From: Callorhinchus milii
Lineage: Eukaryota
DNA: 64,000 nt
Assembly (NCBI RefSeq): GCF_018977255.1
Contig: NW_024704743.1
Location: 47,122,001 to 47,186,000, forward strand
Direction of reading: 5' to 3'
Shown here: piece after piece, positions 13,593 through 26,546 of the stretch
Numbering within the stretch: the first letter of the stretch is position 1
Layout of the letters: each line of letters opens with the position of its first letter
Program-made: the position numbers and the translations under genes
The notes under the pieces: generated by a model
Database searches by the model: none
What the model was told of the DNA's origin: nothing
What the model saw: only the letters and a program-made list of their open reading frames with translations

Positions 13593-14679
13593 AGTTTCCA
13601 TGAAGAGTGCTATATAAATGCAAGATATTGTTGTTGTATTCTTTGCTTCAGAGTCAAGGAAGTATTCTCACTTCAAACTATCTTTTAGTTAGATCATAAA
13701 ACCTGGGAATAGGTTACGTTAAAATTCAATGCCAGACTTGCAAAACCTGAAGTTTATTGCTACGATGCCGTATAATCACGTCTTTTCATATTTTCAATCT
13801 TCACACCCTGAAAGACTATTAAATTACAACGGTTCCCTCATTATAATATGTTTGGTTATATGGCAGGTGGTGTATTACTTCCCATAGCAACAGACACAAT
13901 TCACTATAACTTCAGCATAATGTGCTTCTTGTTACTTGAAAGCACCCACCGAGCACTGTGTAATGAAGGGTTATTGCAGCGTTCCAATCACTTGAGTTGA
14001 GAACAAGAAAAGCCTAATTAGGGTCTGATTTTATTTGGAAGACGAGTGGGTTACACATTTGGCACAGGTACATATTCTCTGAGAGACTGTTTTCACAGAA
14101 GAGCCAAAATGTGAGGCCAGTTCATGATTGCCTAAATACAGGGAAAAAAATAACATAAAAATTGTCAAACTGCATCTGCAATGATTTCTTGTCAACTTTA
14201 CACACTATATAGTTTTAAGTGACTGGCGTGTAATCTTATAGGTACGGCAGCAGAGTTTGAAGCAGTCTTTTAATGACACTCCAATGGAGCTTCCTGCAGA
14301 GGGTGTTTTGTCAGCCAGTGTCAGTCCCCTCACCCATGTGGCAATGGAAAACATGTACCTCTCTCAAGTGCAAATGCCTCCTGCTGGTTCAATGACAGAG
14401 CAACACTGATTGTCGCTACAGAGAAGTTTCACAGGTTAAGCTACCCCAAAATATGGGAATAGTTGGGTGTTTGTGCATAGCGGACAGCCAGGGGCAAGGG
14501 GAAAAAATATTTTCATTACATCCCGAAATTGCTCATGATATGTTTATCTATACTGTAGTAAAGACTCAGATATTCAAATGATCTGATACAATGAAGTGAA
14601 GGACTATCACCAAAACAGAAGACAGGGCGGTTAGAAGAATTTTTGGGGGTACTTTCTTAATTTGTGATAATGCACATCT

Positions 14680-14898
14680 AGAACTGCCTCCCTCTACCCA
14701 CTGCCTCATCGACTCTCTATCCATCTTTAAATCCTACCTTAAAACCTACCTCTTCAACCATGACTATAATCACCTTTCTCTTGCCACTCCCTAACTCCTC
14801 TTCCTCCTCACTCGCTCACCATCTGATTACATCATTGCGATGTGCTCCTAGGTATGATCCCACATAAAGGGTGCCAATTAAATGCAGGTTGTTGTTAT
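14680..14898 (+). mobile_element. L2 3' end fragment
   Basis: tttaaatcctaccttaaaacctacctcttc (FKSYLKTYLF) followed by the tail aaatgcaggttgttgtt. Confidence 0.7.
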
Positions 14899-17332
14899 TG
14901 GATTAATTGAAAAATTAACTGAAAGAGTTGGAATTGACTCACTGGTTGAGCAGGTTCGATGGGCCACATGGACTAATCCTGTAGGAGGAGATTAACAGAG
15001 TAAGCTTTCTTTCCTTCTTAGATAGTTATTAAGATTTAAATAATGAATGAAATCATGCTTTTGTAGTCTCTAACAGCTGAAAGCAGCAAAATTATCTCAG
15101 TCTTGACACTACTGATTTAAAAGGACAGTTTGATAAGCATGGGTTTGAGCCCTCACTAGGTGGATGGTAGGTAACAGGAACTCCCTGCAAGCTTTCTGGT
15201 GGGCCATACAGCTCAGTGTGAGAGCATGAAATGCGTGAGAGCATTGCCACCATTTCCCTGTCCAGAGCTTAGGACACATATCCCTTCCCATTGAGTGATG
15301 GTTCCGCCAGTTGGATGTGCAGAGCTTAAGCAGCAGATGGTTACCTTTCTGCAACCAATCAAGGTGGATTCCAGGTGCTTCATGTATGAACAAACTCAGT
15401 GTTCACAAACTCAGACTCCTTCCAGCAGTTACCACCCAAGCCTCTGAGTTTCCTCATCAGCTATCCTGCCGGCATCTGCTTTCAGGATGTCAACTGACCA
15501 ACTAGTGAGTATCCTGCTTGGCGGAGGAGGTAAGCAGGGTCTCCTTGGAGCTAAACTGGCTCCAAGGTGACATGCCTGGCAACAGAATGATAGAATCAAG
15601 CCAGCCCTCTGTGTCGGTCTCAGTAGTCCGGTTCCTGAGCCAGGTGGGTCCACGGTACTCCAGGGCACTGCTGATAACAGCACAACCAGCCTGGCTCATC
15701 GGCAGGAATTGGAAGGGGAGACCAGTCACTGGTGACAATGATGTGATCAGATGGTGAGCAAGTGAGGAGGAAGAGGAGGGGGTGGGGGCATGGGAGAGGT
15801 GATCATAGGCATGGTTGAAGAGCTCCCATTATCCCCCAGAGGATCGAGTTGAAGATCCTCATCCTCACTTTTAAAGCCCTCTACAATCTACAATCTTGTT
15901 CCTCCCGATCTCTGCAAAATAGAACATAAATCTTCTATTCTACAGCATAAGCAACTGTTATCATCATACAAGCATTACTTAATCATTTTACCTTTTACAT
16001 AAATGATTATCAGCTCTACAAGTCCAGAATGCAGATAGAAAGATTAAGTTCAAACATTAGACATTTCAAAGCTATTACTCTGTAAGCACTTTAGTAATGC
16101 TTTCTTTGTGATCGATTTTCAAATAATGCAATGAATTTCAATAGGTCTGCTGATAAGTAAGTATGTGGGAACTTCCTCATTAATCCAGTCATTTTACAAG
16201 CCACTTTATTAATGCATTAAAATGAAAATCAATACCAGTCCTTAAAAGTCCACCCGCCACATTTTTTGTTTCAGTGCTGTGGCATTCTGAGATTCTATCT
16301 CATCCCTTCACTTCATTTGTGTGCATTAATAAAGCGTAGCCTGGCTCAGTGGCTAGCAATCTCAACTGTGTCATGAAGGTTGTGGGTTCCAGCCCCATAT
16401 TGGGACTAGAACTCACATAGTATAAGCTGACACTTAACTGCATTGGTGTGGTGCATTGTCAGATGTGCCATCATTGCTATGTGCAATTGTGCTGCTGTGT
16501 TTATCTCCAAACACACAGTCCCTCCACTTCATAATAAATCATGTGAAGTGCTTTGATAATAATAGTAATCCTTGCATTTGGTGTACAGCTTTTCATCTTG
16601 GGAGGACGTCTCAAAGCACTTCCCAGGATATACTATAAGGTGTAGTGACTGTGTGTTTGGTGGCCGAATGTCATTATCGGAGGGCAAGAGTGAAGATGTC
16701 AGTCACCCATAGCTACTCTCACAAAATTACTTGTGTTTGGCTCATGAACTAAATAATCAAAGGCCTGGTGCAGTAGTTGGTGAAGTCTGATGTTGAGAGG
16801 TGTTCAATAGGCTTGAAGTCAGCAATAATAAGATAGAGTTGGAGACTTTAAAAGATCACTGTTTGTGAGAAACCATAGAAGTTTACAACACAGAGGAAAT
16901 GCCATTTGGTCAATTGTGTCACTGCTGGCTCTTTTACAGAGCAATCCTTTCAGTCCCATGTATCTGCCCTTTTCCCCAGGAGTTGCTGTTTTTAGTGTAT
17001 GTGCACTTAAATCTTCTCCCCCTCCCATTACGCTTTTGTATTTTATAAATAACAACCCCCCACCCCACCCACTCAAACTAGAAAACCTAGGTTATATGTG
17101 GCTCCTTCAATCTTTTTTATTATTCCTCAAATGGTTTCTGAGATTTCTAACTGTACTAAACAGATCACGGCTGAGCACCAATTAAAGGCATGTTCCAGCA
17201 TGTTCTGAGTACATCTGGGACTGCAAGTTGTACTCCAACCTTTGAACTGCAGAATTTTTTTTACTCTTTACTATTTACATATTTCTTTCTCGCTACAACT
17301 ACAATATTTTTTCTCTTCATGTTGGAGCCTAC

Positions 17333-17378
17333 CAGAAACTCAGCCGATATCCAGGGACCGAAATCATATCATGTCCAA
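17333..17378 (-). other. Candidate 46-nt exon
   Basis: Long pyrimidine tract cttttctgttttcttcttctgttcttctgccag, donor CTG|gtaggc. Confidence 0.3.
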
Positions 17379-17746
17379 CTGGCAGAAGAACAGAAGAAGA
17401 AAACAGAAAAGTCTGGGTAGAATAAATAAATCTTCATTCCATTCTAGTGACTTCATCCCAGAGATTAACAGGCGCAATGGTCATCACAGAGTACTCAGTT
17501 GGCAAACCGAGAATAGTCATTAGCCTGTTCTGAGTCAAATCATCACAGCAATGGTGTTTGTTTTTTGCTCTAACACACGCAGAAACCTACCATCATGCTT
17601 GAAAGTATCCAAATCAAACTGAGAATTCCATGCATGCCACTTACAAGTGGAAGTTAGTGTGGGAATGTGTAGGTGGCTGTTATGTAGGGGAAGTGACCTC
17701 AGACCTTCCAAACTACTACTACTACTAATAATAATCCTTGCATTGT

Positions 17747-18122
17747 GGAGTTCCATAGTTTAGTGGTTAGAGCACTTGCCTTGCAAGTGAGACAACCTGG
17801 GTTCGATTCCCGGGCAGGGTGAACATTGGGCAAGTTTCCTTACTCCACACACCTCTGTTTACCTACTAGTAACTAGGAACCCAATTGTTAGCCAATTGCT
17901 AGATCGCTTTTCCAGGAGTAATAAATCCCTTCAAAATAAATAAATAATAATTTGGTCACTCAATCCACGACTGTTTGTGGGACATTGCTGTGCACAACTG
18001 GCTGCTGCGTTTTACTCACAAAATATACAGTCAATTCATTTTACAGTATATTCTGTGAAGCACTTTGAGTCTCGAAGACGTGATAAGGTGCTATGTCAAA
18101 TGCATGTATTATTATTATTATT
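17747..18122 (+). mobile_element. CORE-type SINE, long form
   Basis: Head agtggttagagcacttgccttgcaagtgag...gggttcgattcccgg, ttgggcaagtttccttactccacac, tail attattatt. Confidence 0.92.
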
Positions 18123-18159
18123 ACATAGATTGATGAAGCACAGTAACATTGTGTGTGCT

Positions 18160-18737
18160 CCATATGAGCCCCCATTTCTAATATTCCCCTTTTCTATGAC
18201 CTTCTATTCCCTTTTCCCACCCTGTTGGCATCCAGTTTTCTCCTAAATAAATTAGAACCATGGAAATTTACAACACAGAAGAAGACCATTCGACCAATCA
18301 TGTCTGTGCCAGCTCCCTCAAGAGTAATCCTTTCTGTCCCATTTATCTGCAGTTTCCCCATACCCCAAACTTGTCGTCCCCAAATAATAATCTACTTCTC
18401 TCTTAAAAGTTGTTATCGAATCGGCTTCCACCGCCCTTTCAGGCAATGCATTCCAGATCCAAACAACTCGCTGTGTATAAAAAATTTCTCCTCACCTGTT
18501 TCTTTTAACAGCTATTTTAAATCGGTGTTCTCGAGTTACTGACCTACCCACCTGTGGAAATAGTTTCTCCTTGTTCATCCTATCAAATCCCCTCATAATT
18601 TTGAAAACTTCTCTTAAGTCTCCTCTTCACCTTCTCTGCTCCAAGGTAAAATAATCCTAGCTTCTCTAGCCTTTCCTCATAACGGAAATCCCTCATTCCT
18701 GGTACCATCCTGGTAAATCTCCTTTGCACCATCTCTT
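18160..18737 (-). mobile_element. CR1 composite (two 3' segments)
   Basis: tctcctcttcaccttctctgctccaagg (reverse of LEQRR.RGD), CR1 3' UTR agaagaccattcgacc, and a second CR1-like piece at 18160-18250. Confidence 0.8.
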
Positions 18738-19960
18738 CTAACCTTTTATTGAATCAATATAAACAATTTTGTGGATGAAATGTGGTTGCCAGTTGCGCAT
18801 GTGCCATAGGAATGTCTCCCAAACAGCCATGGAGTTAGTGACCAATTTTATTTGGAGGATTGTTGGTGAGGTCACCGGTAGAAACTCCCTTCTCTTTTGG
18901 AATAGTGCCATGGGATATTTAACATCCACCTGAACTGGCTGATGGGTTCAATGGTTTAACGTCTCATCCAAAGGTTGGAATAAAACTATTTAAAATCTAT
19001 TTCTGATTCTATGTGTTGCTAGTTTGTAGGATTACAGTAACTGAAATTTAATGGGAGGTGCGAGGGCCAGAATTATTGCCACAGCAGCCGCAACTACAAT
19101 AAATAGCACGTGTGTCTTATGAAGGAACATATATTACATCTGCTTGGATTCTGGTTTTCTCCTCTCTCCCTACACCATGCCAGATACTGAGGTTTGTATC
19201 AGTGCAATCACACCATTTGCAACTAATCATTCAGACAAGCCTCAGCTTGCCACTAGAGCTTCAAGCACTGCCTTCCAACAGAAACCAGAGAGTGGGTAGG
19301 ATAAAGCCATCACTTCTCAGCCTGACAGTACAAGCAATCTGTCAGTGCAGCACTGGAGCTTCTAAACCTCCCCTGTGACATTCTGAATTATAACCTATAT
19401 TGCATAACTATTCTTTTAAATAAAAGTTGAATTAGCTATACCTAATTTACAATGCCACCAAACACATTAAATGTGAATTAAATATGTAGAATCTATAAAG
19501 ATATCACCAAAATGGTAGATAAAAAAGTCCTTCTAATCACAGGCCACATCAGGACTAATAGCAGTGTTTACTATTCTTAGATCTTCAGGTGACTTGATTC
19601 AATTTCAACCGAACCCAGATCAAAATTTCTAAAGCTTCTATAACATTTAAATAGTTTTAAGTGCATCCTAGGCAATCACTGTCAAGTTGAAGACTTTTTG
19701 TAGGCAATTGCAGCAGTGATCTCCTCTAGCAAGAATCCACAAGCAGCTCAGAGGTAAGCGATCCATTATTCTGGAGGACTGCTGGCCAAGACACCGGGAG
19801 AAATTCCTTTCTCTTCTTTAGCAGTCTTTGACATCCTTGAGATCATGGTACAAGACTCTGATTGAGCATCTCATCCAAAAAGGCACCTCAGACAATGTAG
19901 TGCTTCCTCAGTACTGCACTCTAATGTTGAATCTGCAACCTTATGACCTAGACGTGAGAT

Positions 19961-20064
19961 ATCCACAGTACCACACCAATTCCTACAGTACACACATCCA
20001 CTGTACCACTCCAATTCCTACTGTACATACATCCACTGTAACACGCCAATTCCTACTATACCAC
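19961..20064 (+). repeat. 35-bp minisatellite, 3 copies
   Basis: atccacagtaccacaccaattcctacagtacacac / atccactgtaccactccaattcctactgtacatac / atccactgtaacacgccaattcctactataccac. Confidence 0.9.
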
Positions 20065-20161
20065 ATTGGATTCCCACTCATTTAACGAATCTCAGAATTC
20101 CACATTTCAAATTTAACAATTACATACAAATATTGTTCCAAGTATACAGGATCCAATATAT

Positions 20162-20552
20162 CTAATAATAATTCTTACATTTGCCTTTCACATCAGGCAA
20201 ATATCCCAAAATGCACACTCTTGAAGAATACAGAATACACCGTAAAGTGTAGTCAGTAAACCCAGTAATATATTTGCACAGAGCAATATCTTATAAACAG
20301 ACATGATGTGAACAACCAATTTTATTTGGAGGATAATTGGCCAGGACCCGAGGAGAAACTCCCTTCTCTTTTTGGAATAATGCCATGAGATCTTTAACAT
20401 CCACCTGAACAGGCAGACAAGGCCTCAGTTTAAGATGTCATCAAAGGACAGCACCTCCGATAATGCAACCCCCCCCCCGCACTACACTGGAGTGTCATCT
20501 TAGAATATATAACTTCCAAGTCCCGAAGTGGAGCCCCTCAATCTCTGACTCA
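20162..20552 (-). mobile_element. Deu-domain SINE
   Basis: tgccatgagatctttaacatccacctgaacaggcagac...cagcacctccga is the reverse of the Deu core. Confidence 0.75.
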
Positions 20553-20689
20553 ACAACAACAGCAACTTGCATGTATATAGTAGAGTGATGTTTCAGAGTA
20601 CTTTACAGGGATGGAGTTGAGCTCCCAAGCAAGGGAGAGGGGAGAGGCTGGGAAAGTGGCCAAAGATCCTTCAAAGAGATAAGAAGGAA

Positions 20690-20868
20690 TTATTTTGAAG
20701 GAATTACTACCCCCGGAAAAGTGATCCACGAATCGAGTAACAACCAGGTTCCTACTTACTGCTAGGTAAATAGAGGGGTGTGGAGTATGGAAACTTGCCC
20801 TGCCGGGAATCGAACCCAGGTCCTCTCACTTGCGAAGTGAGTGCTCTAACCACTGAGCTATAGGATTC
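20690..20868 (-). mobile_element. CORE-type SINE, long form, 5' half
   Basis: gtgctctaaccactgagctatagg, ggaatcgaaccc and ggttcctacttactgctaggtaaa. Confidence 0.85.
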
Positions 20869-21100
20869 GTTACCTCCAAGTAACATTGAGAATCCAATCA
20901 GGCTGGTCACCCACCAATAACTGAATAATGCTAATCTGTTTGTTTTCAGCAAGTGCATCTCCACAGAGATATTTCACACTCAAGGATTGCACTCATTTTA
21001 TCAAAATGATAAGAGTGGAGTGCACACAGCAGGATTTGAATGCATGACTTTCTGATCCTAAGCCTGTGTTTAAGTGATTGAACTATTTGGAATCAGATAT

Positions 21101-21282
21101 CAGGGGCCCAAAATTTCACACGTTCTTACACTCAAGACTTAAATACAGCCTTAAATTGGAATCCGATTTTCCATTGTGTTCTGAAAAACCTGCCTTCAAA
21201 TTAAGACTGATTTCCAAAGGTCCAAACAAGCTTAAATTCTAAGACAAAGACCTTTAGGAACATACGAAAATTTAGACCCCTG
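21101..21282. mobile_element. Palindromic MITE-like element with both termini
   Basis: caggggcccaaaattt ... aaatttagacccctg; inner ttcaaattaagact. Confidence 0.65.
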
Positions 21283-21313
21283 GTTTTGACAGGAATTGGA
21301 AGTTCTTGGGATG

Positions 21314-21447
21314 AACAACAACTTGGATTTATATAGCGTCCTCCACGCCGGACGGCGTCTCAGAGCGCTTTACAGTTTAGGATCCTGGGACCGAGCCACG
21401 GGGAGGGGTGGGAAGGTGACCGAAGGCGCGGTCGAAAAGAAAGGTCT
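21314..21447 (-). mobile_element. L2 3' end, same subfamily as 51541-51829
   Basis: Closely similar tail and 3' UTR to the 51.5 kb copy. Confidence 0.85.
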
Positions 21448-22892
21448 GAACATTGCACATATGCATCACTGGGCTCTGAGTGTCAGAGGAAGCCTCTGCA
21501 TCCACTGAAATCTGGTTGCCATCATGGGGTCTATTATGTAATCATCACTAAAACTAGCAAAGTGCTCATCAATCAAGGCAGACGTCATGACCAACGTCAG
21601 TGCGGCAGTTTATACTTTCAGGTGTGACTAGTTCCTTAGGTCAATAGACTGGAGGATGAGCAGGACCTGAAACAGCCGTTTCCCATTATAAAGGCTTTTA
21701 AACTGTTATCAGAAAGTCACTTCCAGCAACCTGTTCATTATTTTAAAGCTTTTATTTTCTGCACAAAGAAATCACACACACTTCCTCATAAATCAACCCA
21801 GGCAAGTTACAAAATAAAGCAAGTCTGTCCAAAGATATCTGAGGCTTCTTCCTATTTTCTTCCCTTCCCTCCTCTCCCAGACTCATTTACAATAAGCTGC
21901 AGTTTCACAGGAGCCAGTTGCTCGTGGCCACCATTCGTGCGAGAACCTTGACAAGGATTGTCAGGAGGCAAAGTTGACCGCGGGGCATTGCAGCCAAACC
22001 CAATCCCCTCCTCGCTCATGTCAATATGCCCACATCTCTAGCAGAGGCCTCTAGATTGAAATCAAGAGCAGGAGTCCTGGTCGAAGCCAGGGAGTTGGAT
22101 TCATTTAAAAAATAACTTGATGCTGCCAAAGGAGGAGATAGCTCGGATGAAGGGCCTTCTTCAACCGAACCTCTCTTGTGATTTTTATGGGAATGAATGT
22201 GTTAATAGGCAAAGTCATGGACCTTAAGACCTGAAATGCTATTCACACATTTTGCTGTCTGGTTGAGTATAATAAATTAAACCTTTTTTTTAGAAAGGGA
22301 AGCACTGTTACAGAATAGTGAACAATTTAAGAAGCTTTCCCGATGACTATACCCTAAATGTATGTTTTATGTTTGCTTTTCTGTTAACTAAATGGTCCGT
22401 TTTTAATCACTGAAGCACTAAAAACAAGCTATAATAATATTAGTGGAAAACAACCAGTTGCATTAAAGCACTATTACCCACATTATTGGTTTGAGGATTG
22501 TACGTTGGCTGAAACATATTAAATTCAATTAGAGCCACTTCAAGCAACACGTAATGGAAATGTCCTGGTCATTATTCTATACTAGCTTAGATATCCTGTA
22601 GCTAATACAACAGATTGCTACAAGAAAATAATGTGGCATTCCAGTATATAATGTTGAGATTGTTACTAATGCTTTATAACAGTGGGTCCAGGGGAGTATG
22701 ATTTACCATTGTGCTGCATGTACAATGTCTAGTCATGTCAAAGTTTGCAGCTCTTCACTGTGTAATACAGGATTTAATAGCAGTTACCAGTTCTTTAATG
22801 AGAACAGATACAATAGCATGAAACCTTGCAGCAGCACAGACTGAACACATTAGAGCCAACCTTGAGTTCAGTGTAAGTATATATACACGCAC

Positions 22893-23045
22893 CGTGGGAA
22901 GCAAAAAGATATTGGAGTATAAAATATGGTATTTGCAGAACAAAAATTGCAACTGATTGGAGTTTGTGACTAAAAATGTTTTTAAAAATGACAATCCTGA
23001 AGCCCAGAAAGGCTCTCTTGTTTCCGGGCTTTTTGTTGAATTTTT
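22893..23045 (-). CDS. Candidate exon (153 nt)
   Basis: Strong acceptor cattttcctttcttttttcag, donor ACG|gtgcgt; open in phase 0 and phase 1. Confidence 0.3.
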
Positions 23046-23293
23046 CTGAAAAAAGAAAGGAAAATGACGATCATGAGGATGGGTACTGGTTTGTGATCGC
23101 AGACGTCACCTTGCTTTACTTATGCATCTCAGTCATGAAAAAAGCCCAAAACAATTAACAAAATGCCAGCGACTTTGCTGGTCAGCCAAAGCAGGCTTTG
23201 TCAGTCTATGATCTTTGTCAGTGTGCATACCCGAGACCAATACTACATGTAATGGTGCTTTAATGCAGCAAATCATTGAGGGTTTTCACTAAG

Positions 23294-23705
23294 GTAATAA
23301 TAATAATAATCCTTCCATTTGACATAGCACCTTATCACGTTGTTGAGATGTCTCAAACCTCTTCACAGAAGACACTGTGATGATGTATTCTGTGGGCAAA
23401 TGCAACAGCCCAAAACAAGCTATAATAATATTAGTGGAAAACCACTATTTGCACTGAGCAATGTCGTACATACAGCCATGGAGCGAGTAACCAATTTTAT
23501 TTTGGGTGATTATTGGCCAGCGCACAAGGATAAACTTCCTTTGACATCTCATCCAAAGAACAGCACCTCCAACAATGCAACGGCTCCCCCATCACTGATT
23601 TTGAGGATCATCTTAGACTATAATATGAGTTCCATGTCCCAATTTGGGGCTTAAACCCAAAATCTCTTAGGCGAGGGTGTTGCCAATTGAGTTCTACTGA
23701 CACCT
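23294..23705 (-). mobile_element. Deu-domain SINE
   Basis: catctcatccaaagaacagcacctccaacaatgca, head near 23640-23705, tail at 23294. Confidence 0.7.
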
Positions 23706-24294
23706 GGCTTCACACTGCGATGGGAAGATGGTAGGTGGATATTCTGGAATAATGAGATCAAATGACCTTCTCCATCTGAACCAATCTGATGATCTTGAAA
23801 TAAGAGATGTGGAGCAGGAAGTCTATCCTTCGTTCTTCTACCAATTTGGCTGGGTGCTGAGGGGAGCACTATGATTCAGGATTAGTTTTGCTAATGTTAG
23901 CAAAGAATTGCTTTAGCTTTTTAACAGCATTTCTTTGTTTGCCTAACAAAGCATACAGTCACTATTCCTTACAGTAAATTCTGTGAAGCACTTTGAGATG
24001 TCCACCTGTTGTGAAAGGTGCTATATCAAATTCAAGGATTATTATTTTGTTTACTGCAGCAGTGCAAACTGATGGACTGCCATGACTATGTCTTATAGGT
24101 TGATTTACAGTCATTGTTTCACAGCAACATCACCACAGAATGAAAAGCATACAGTATTATAAATTGAGCATTGGGTGGTGGGGTGGTTGAGTAAGAACAG
24201 AATGTACAGAATCAGTTTACCCAACACACTGATATTAATCTGGAACCAGCAAAGCTACAGTATCTGGAATAATAAAACGCAAGTGTTGTCTTAC

Positions 24295-24455
24295 ATTTAA
24301 AGTAGAAATAACAGAGAACAGTGTCATTACAATCCCACCGACAAAAATCAGCACTATACTAGTGACAGGAATTGAACCTCCAGTGTTTTCCTCCGGGACT
24401 AGAGTTGAGTTTAATGTTGTTTGGCAGCCAGTCTGCTCTTTACATTCATCACTCT
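24295..24455 (-). CDS. Candidate internal exon encoding a stalk and single transmembrane segment of an unidentified protein
   Basis: Acceptor cacctttcag, donor AAT|gtaaga; only one of three frames open: SDECKEQTGCQTTLNSTLVPEENTGGSIPVTSIVLIFVGGIVMTLFSVISTLN; sequence not recognisably repeat-derived. Confidence 0.45.
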
Positions 24456-24699
24456 CTGAAAGGTGCAATGGGTGATCTAATGATATCAAACTCTGCCTGG
24501 TGAAAAACTGCTCAAAAAGCACTTTCAGCTTGCATCACTGAAGATCCCAATCTCCTCTTTATCACAAGCAGCAAGAATGGAACTTGAGACCTATACATTA
24601 TAGTAGATATATCATATACGGTTTACAGTTTTGGTAAATTAACTAAAAAAGCTAACAGAATATCTGGATTCAAATAGTAACCAGTAACGGCATTGTTTA

Positions 24700-25365
24700 T
24701 ACTCCATACGAGCCCCCACCTCTCATATTCCCCTTTCCTATACCCCTCTATTCTCTTCTTCTTGTTGGCATCCAGTTCACTTAAATAAGTTAGACCCATC
24801 GAACCATAGAAATTTACAACACAGAAGAAGGCCATTCGACCAATCGTGTCTGTGCCAGCTCCCTCAAGATAATCCTTTCAGTCCCATTTACCTGCAGTTT
24901 CTCCATATCCCAGTAGCTGACTCTTTTTAAGGTATCTGTCCAGTTCCCTCTTGAAAGCCAATAAGGATTTTTCCTCAACTATCCCTACTGGCAGGGCTGT
25001 CCATATCCTAACTACTCTGTGCATGGAAAGAGTATTCTCCTAACATCCCCATTTGCTCTTAAATTGATGCCCTTCAGTGATTCTGTCCAGTGAAAATAGT
25101 TTCTTCCTATTGACTCAATCAAAACCCTCATAGTGTTAAAGACATCTATCAGGTCACCTCTCAACCTTCTTTGATCCAGCAGAAAATGTTGCAGTTCCTC
25201 TACTCTCCACTCATAGGCCAAACCACTCATTCTCGGTATCATCCCAGTAAATATCCTCTGCCTCTTCTCTGTCATCTTGATATCTTTCCTAAAGTGGGGT
25301 GACCAACACTGGATGCAACATTCTAACTGCGGTCTAACTAACGATTTATATTAGTCTATAAAAAT
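24700..25365 (-). mobile_element. CR1 composite (two 3' segments)
   Basis: ORF 25012..25275 QRIFTGMIP...RRLRGDLIDVF; same 3' junction as 18160-18366. Confidence 0.85.
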
Positions 25366-25441
25366 TTATGCTTTTTGTTTCAATCACAACTGTCAGCAGT
25401 GAGTTCTACATTTCCTCCATCCTCCTATATATGCTCCTCCT

Positions 25442-26372
25442 ACAACAACACCACCAAATTACATTTATAGAGCGCCTTTCACGTCGGGAGGACATTCCAA
25501 AGGGCTGAACAGTGGGTGGGGGAAGGCGAAGAGGTGGGAGGGAGACCAAAGGCACAGTCGAAGAGAAGGGTCTTGAGACCAGCCTTGAAGGAGGCAAGGG
25601 AGAAAGCGAGGCGAAGGGACCGTGGGATGGAGTTCCAGAGTGTGGGGGCAGAGAGGCTGAAAGCCCGGCCACTGATGGTAGGGCGAGTTGGATGGGAGAC
25701 ATGGAGCAGGTTGGAGCCTGATGAGTGGAGGGAGGAGGCAGGTTGGTAGGTAGTCAGCAGGTCAGAGAGGTAGGAGGGGGCAAGGCCATGGATGGCCTTA
25801 AAGGTGAGAACAAGGATCTTGAACTCGATCCTCCTGGGAATCGAGGATTCGGGTAGAGTCGGGTGAGGGTGGGAGTGGTGGGGTCACGGAGCCTGGTGTG
25901 AGAGTACACGAGCTGCAGAGTTTTGGATGATCCGCAGCTTGTGAAGGGAAGAGTTGGGAAGGCCGATGAGGAGGGAGTTCCCGTAATCGGGCCTTGATGT
26001 GACGAATGCATGGATGAGGGATGAGGCAGTGGCGGAGTCTGGCAATGTTGCGGACGGAGGTGGTGGTAGGCAGTGCCGGTCATGGAGCAGACGTGAGGGA
26101 GAAAGGACAGTTCAGGGTCAAACAAGACACCCAGGTTCCTGACTGGCTTAGTGAGGTTGAGTGTGCAGCCGTGGAGGCTGATGCTGCCAGCGCCTGAGGT
26201 GCGAAGACGTTGGCATGAGCCAATCAGGAGGGCCTCAGTCTTGCTGACGGTGAGTTGGAGAAAGTTGGCCCTCGTCCAGGACTTGATGTCAGACAAGCAG
26301 TCGGTCAGGACGCCAGTAGTCCTGGAGTTCAGGGTGGAGACAGAGGGGTAGGGTTGGGTGTCATCCGCATAA
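25442..26372 (-). mobile_element. L2 LINE 3' fragment with tail
   Basis: YADDTQ...KTEALLIGS...[14 protein letters not shown] within ORF 25754..26497; tail (caacaac...atttatagagcgcctttcacgtcgggaggac) at 25442-25500 matches the 54 kb L2 tail. Confidence 0.92.
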
Positions 26373-26546
26373 ATGTAGAAATTTGCCCCATGTCCTAAAT
26401 TTCCTATTAGATCTACCACTGTATATCTTATATTTATGTTCCCTCGTTTTGGACTCACCATCAAGTGGAAATAGCTTATCAACATCCACCTCATCAAATC
26501 CCTTCAAAATATGAAATGTCTTTTTATCAGATCCTCTCTCAATCAT
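26373..26546 (-). mobile_element. CR1 LINE fragment abutting the L2 5' truncation
   Basis: ORF 26361..26546 ILKGFDEVDVDKLFPLDGESKTREHKYKI is a CR1 ORF2 C-terminal motif. Confidence 0.85.

Noticed and set aside
19961..20064. CRISPR-like array
   Set aside because: Contiguous tandem units without unique spacers, eukaryotic context, and no cas genes.
25754..26497. 247-aa ORF as a novel gene
   Set aside because: Read-through across a CR1 fragment into a frameshifted L2 RT.
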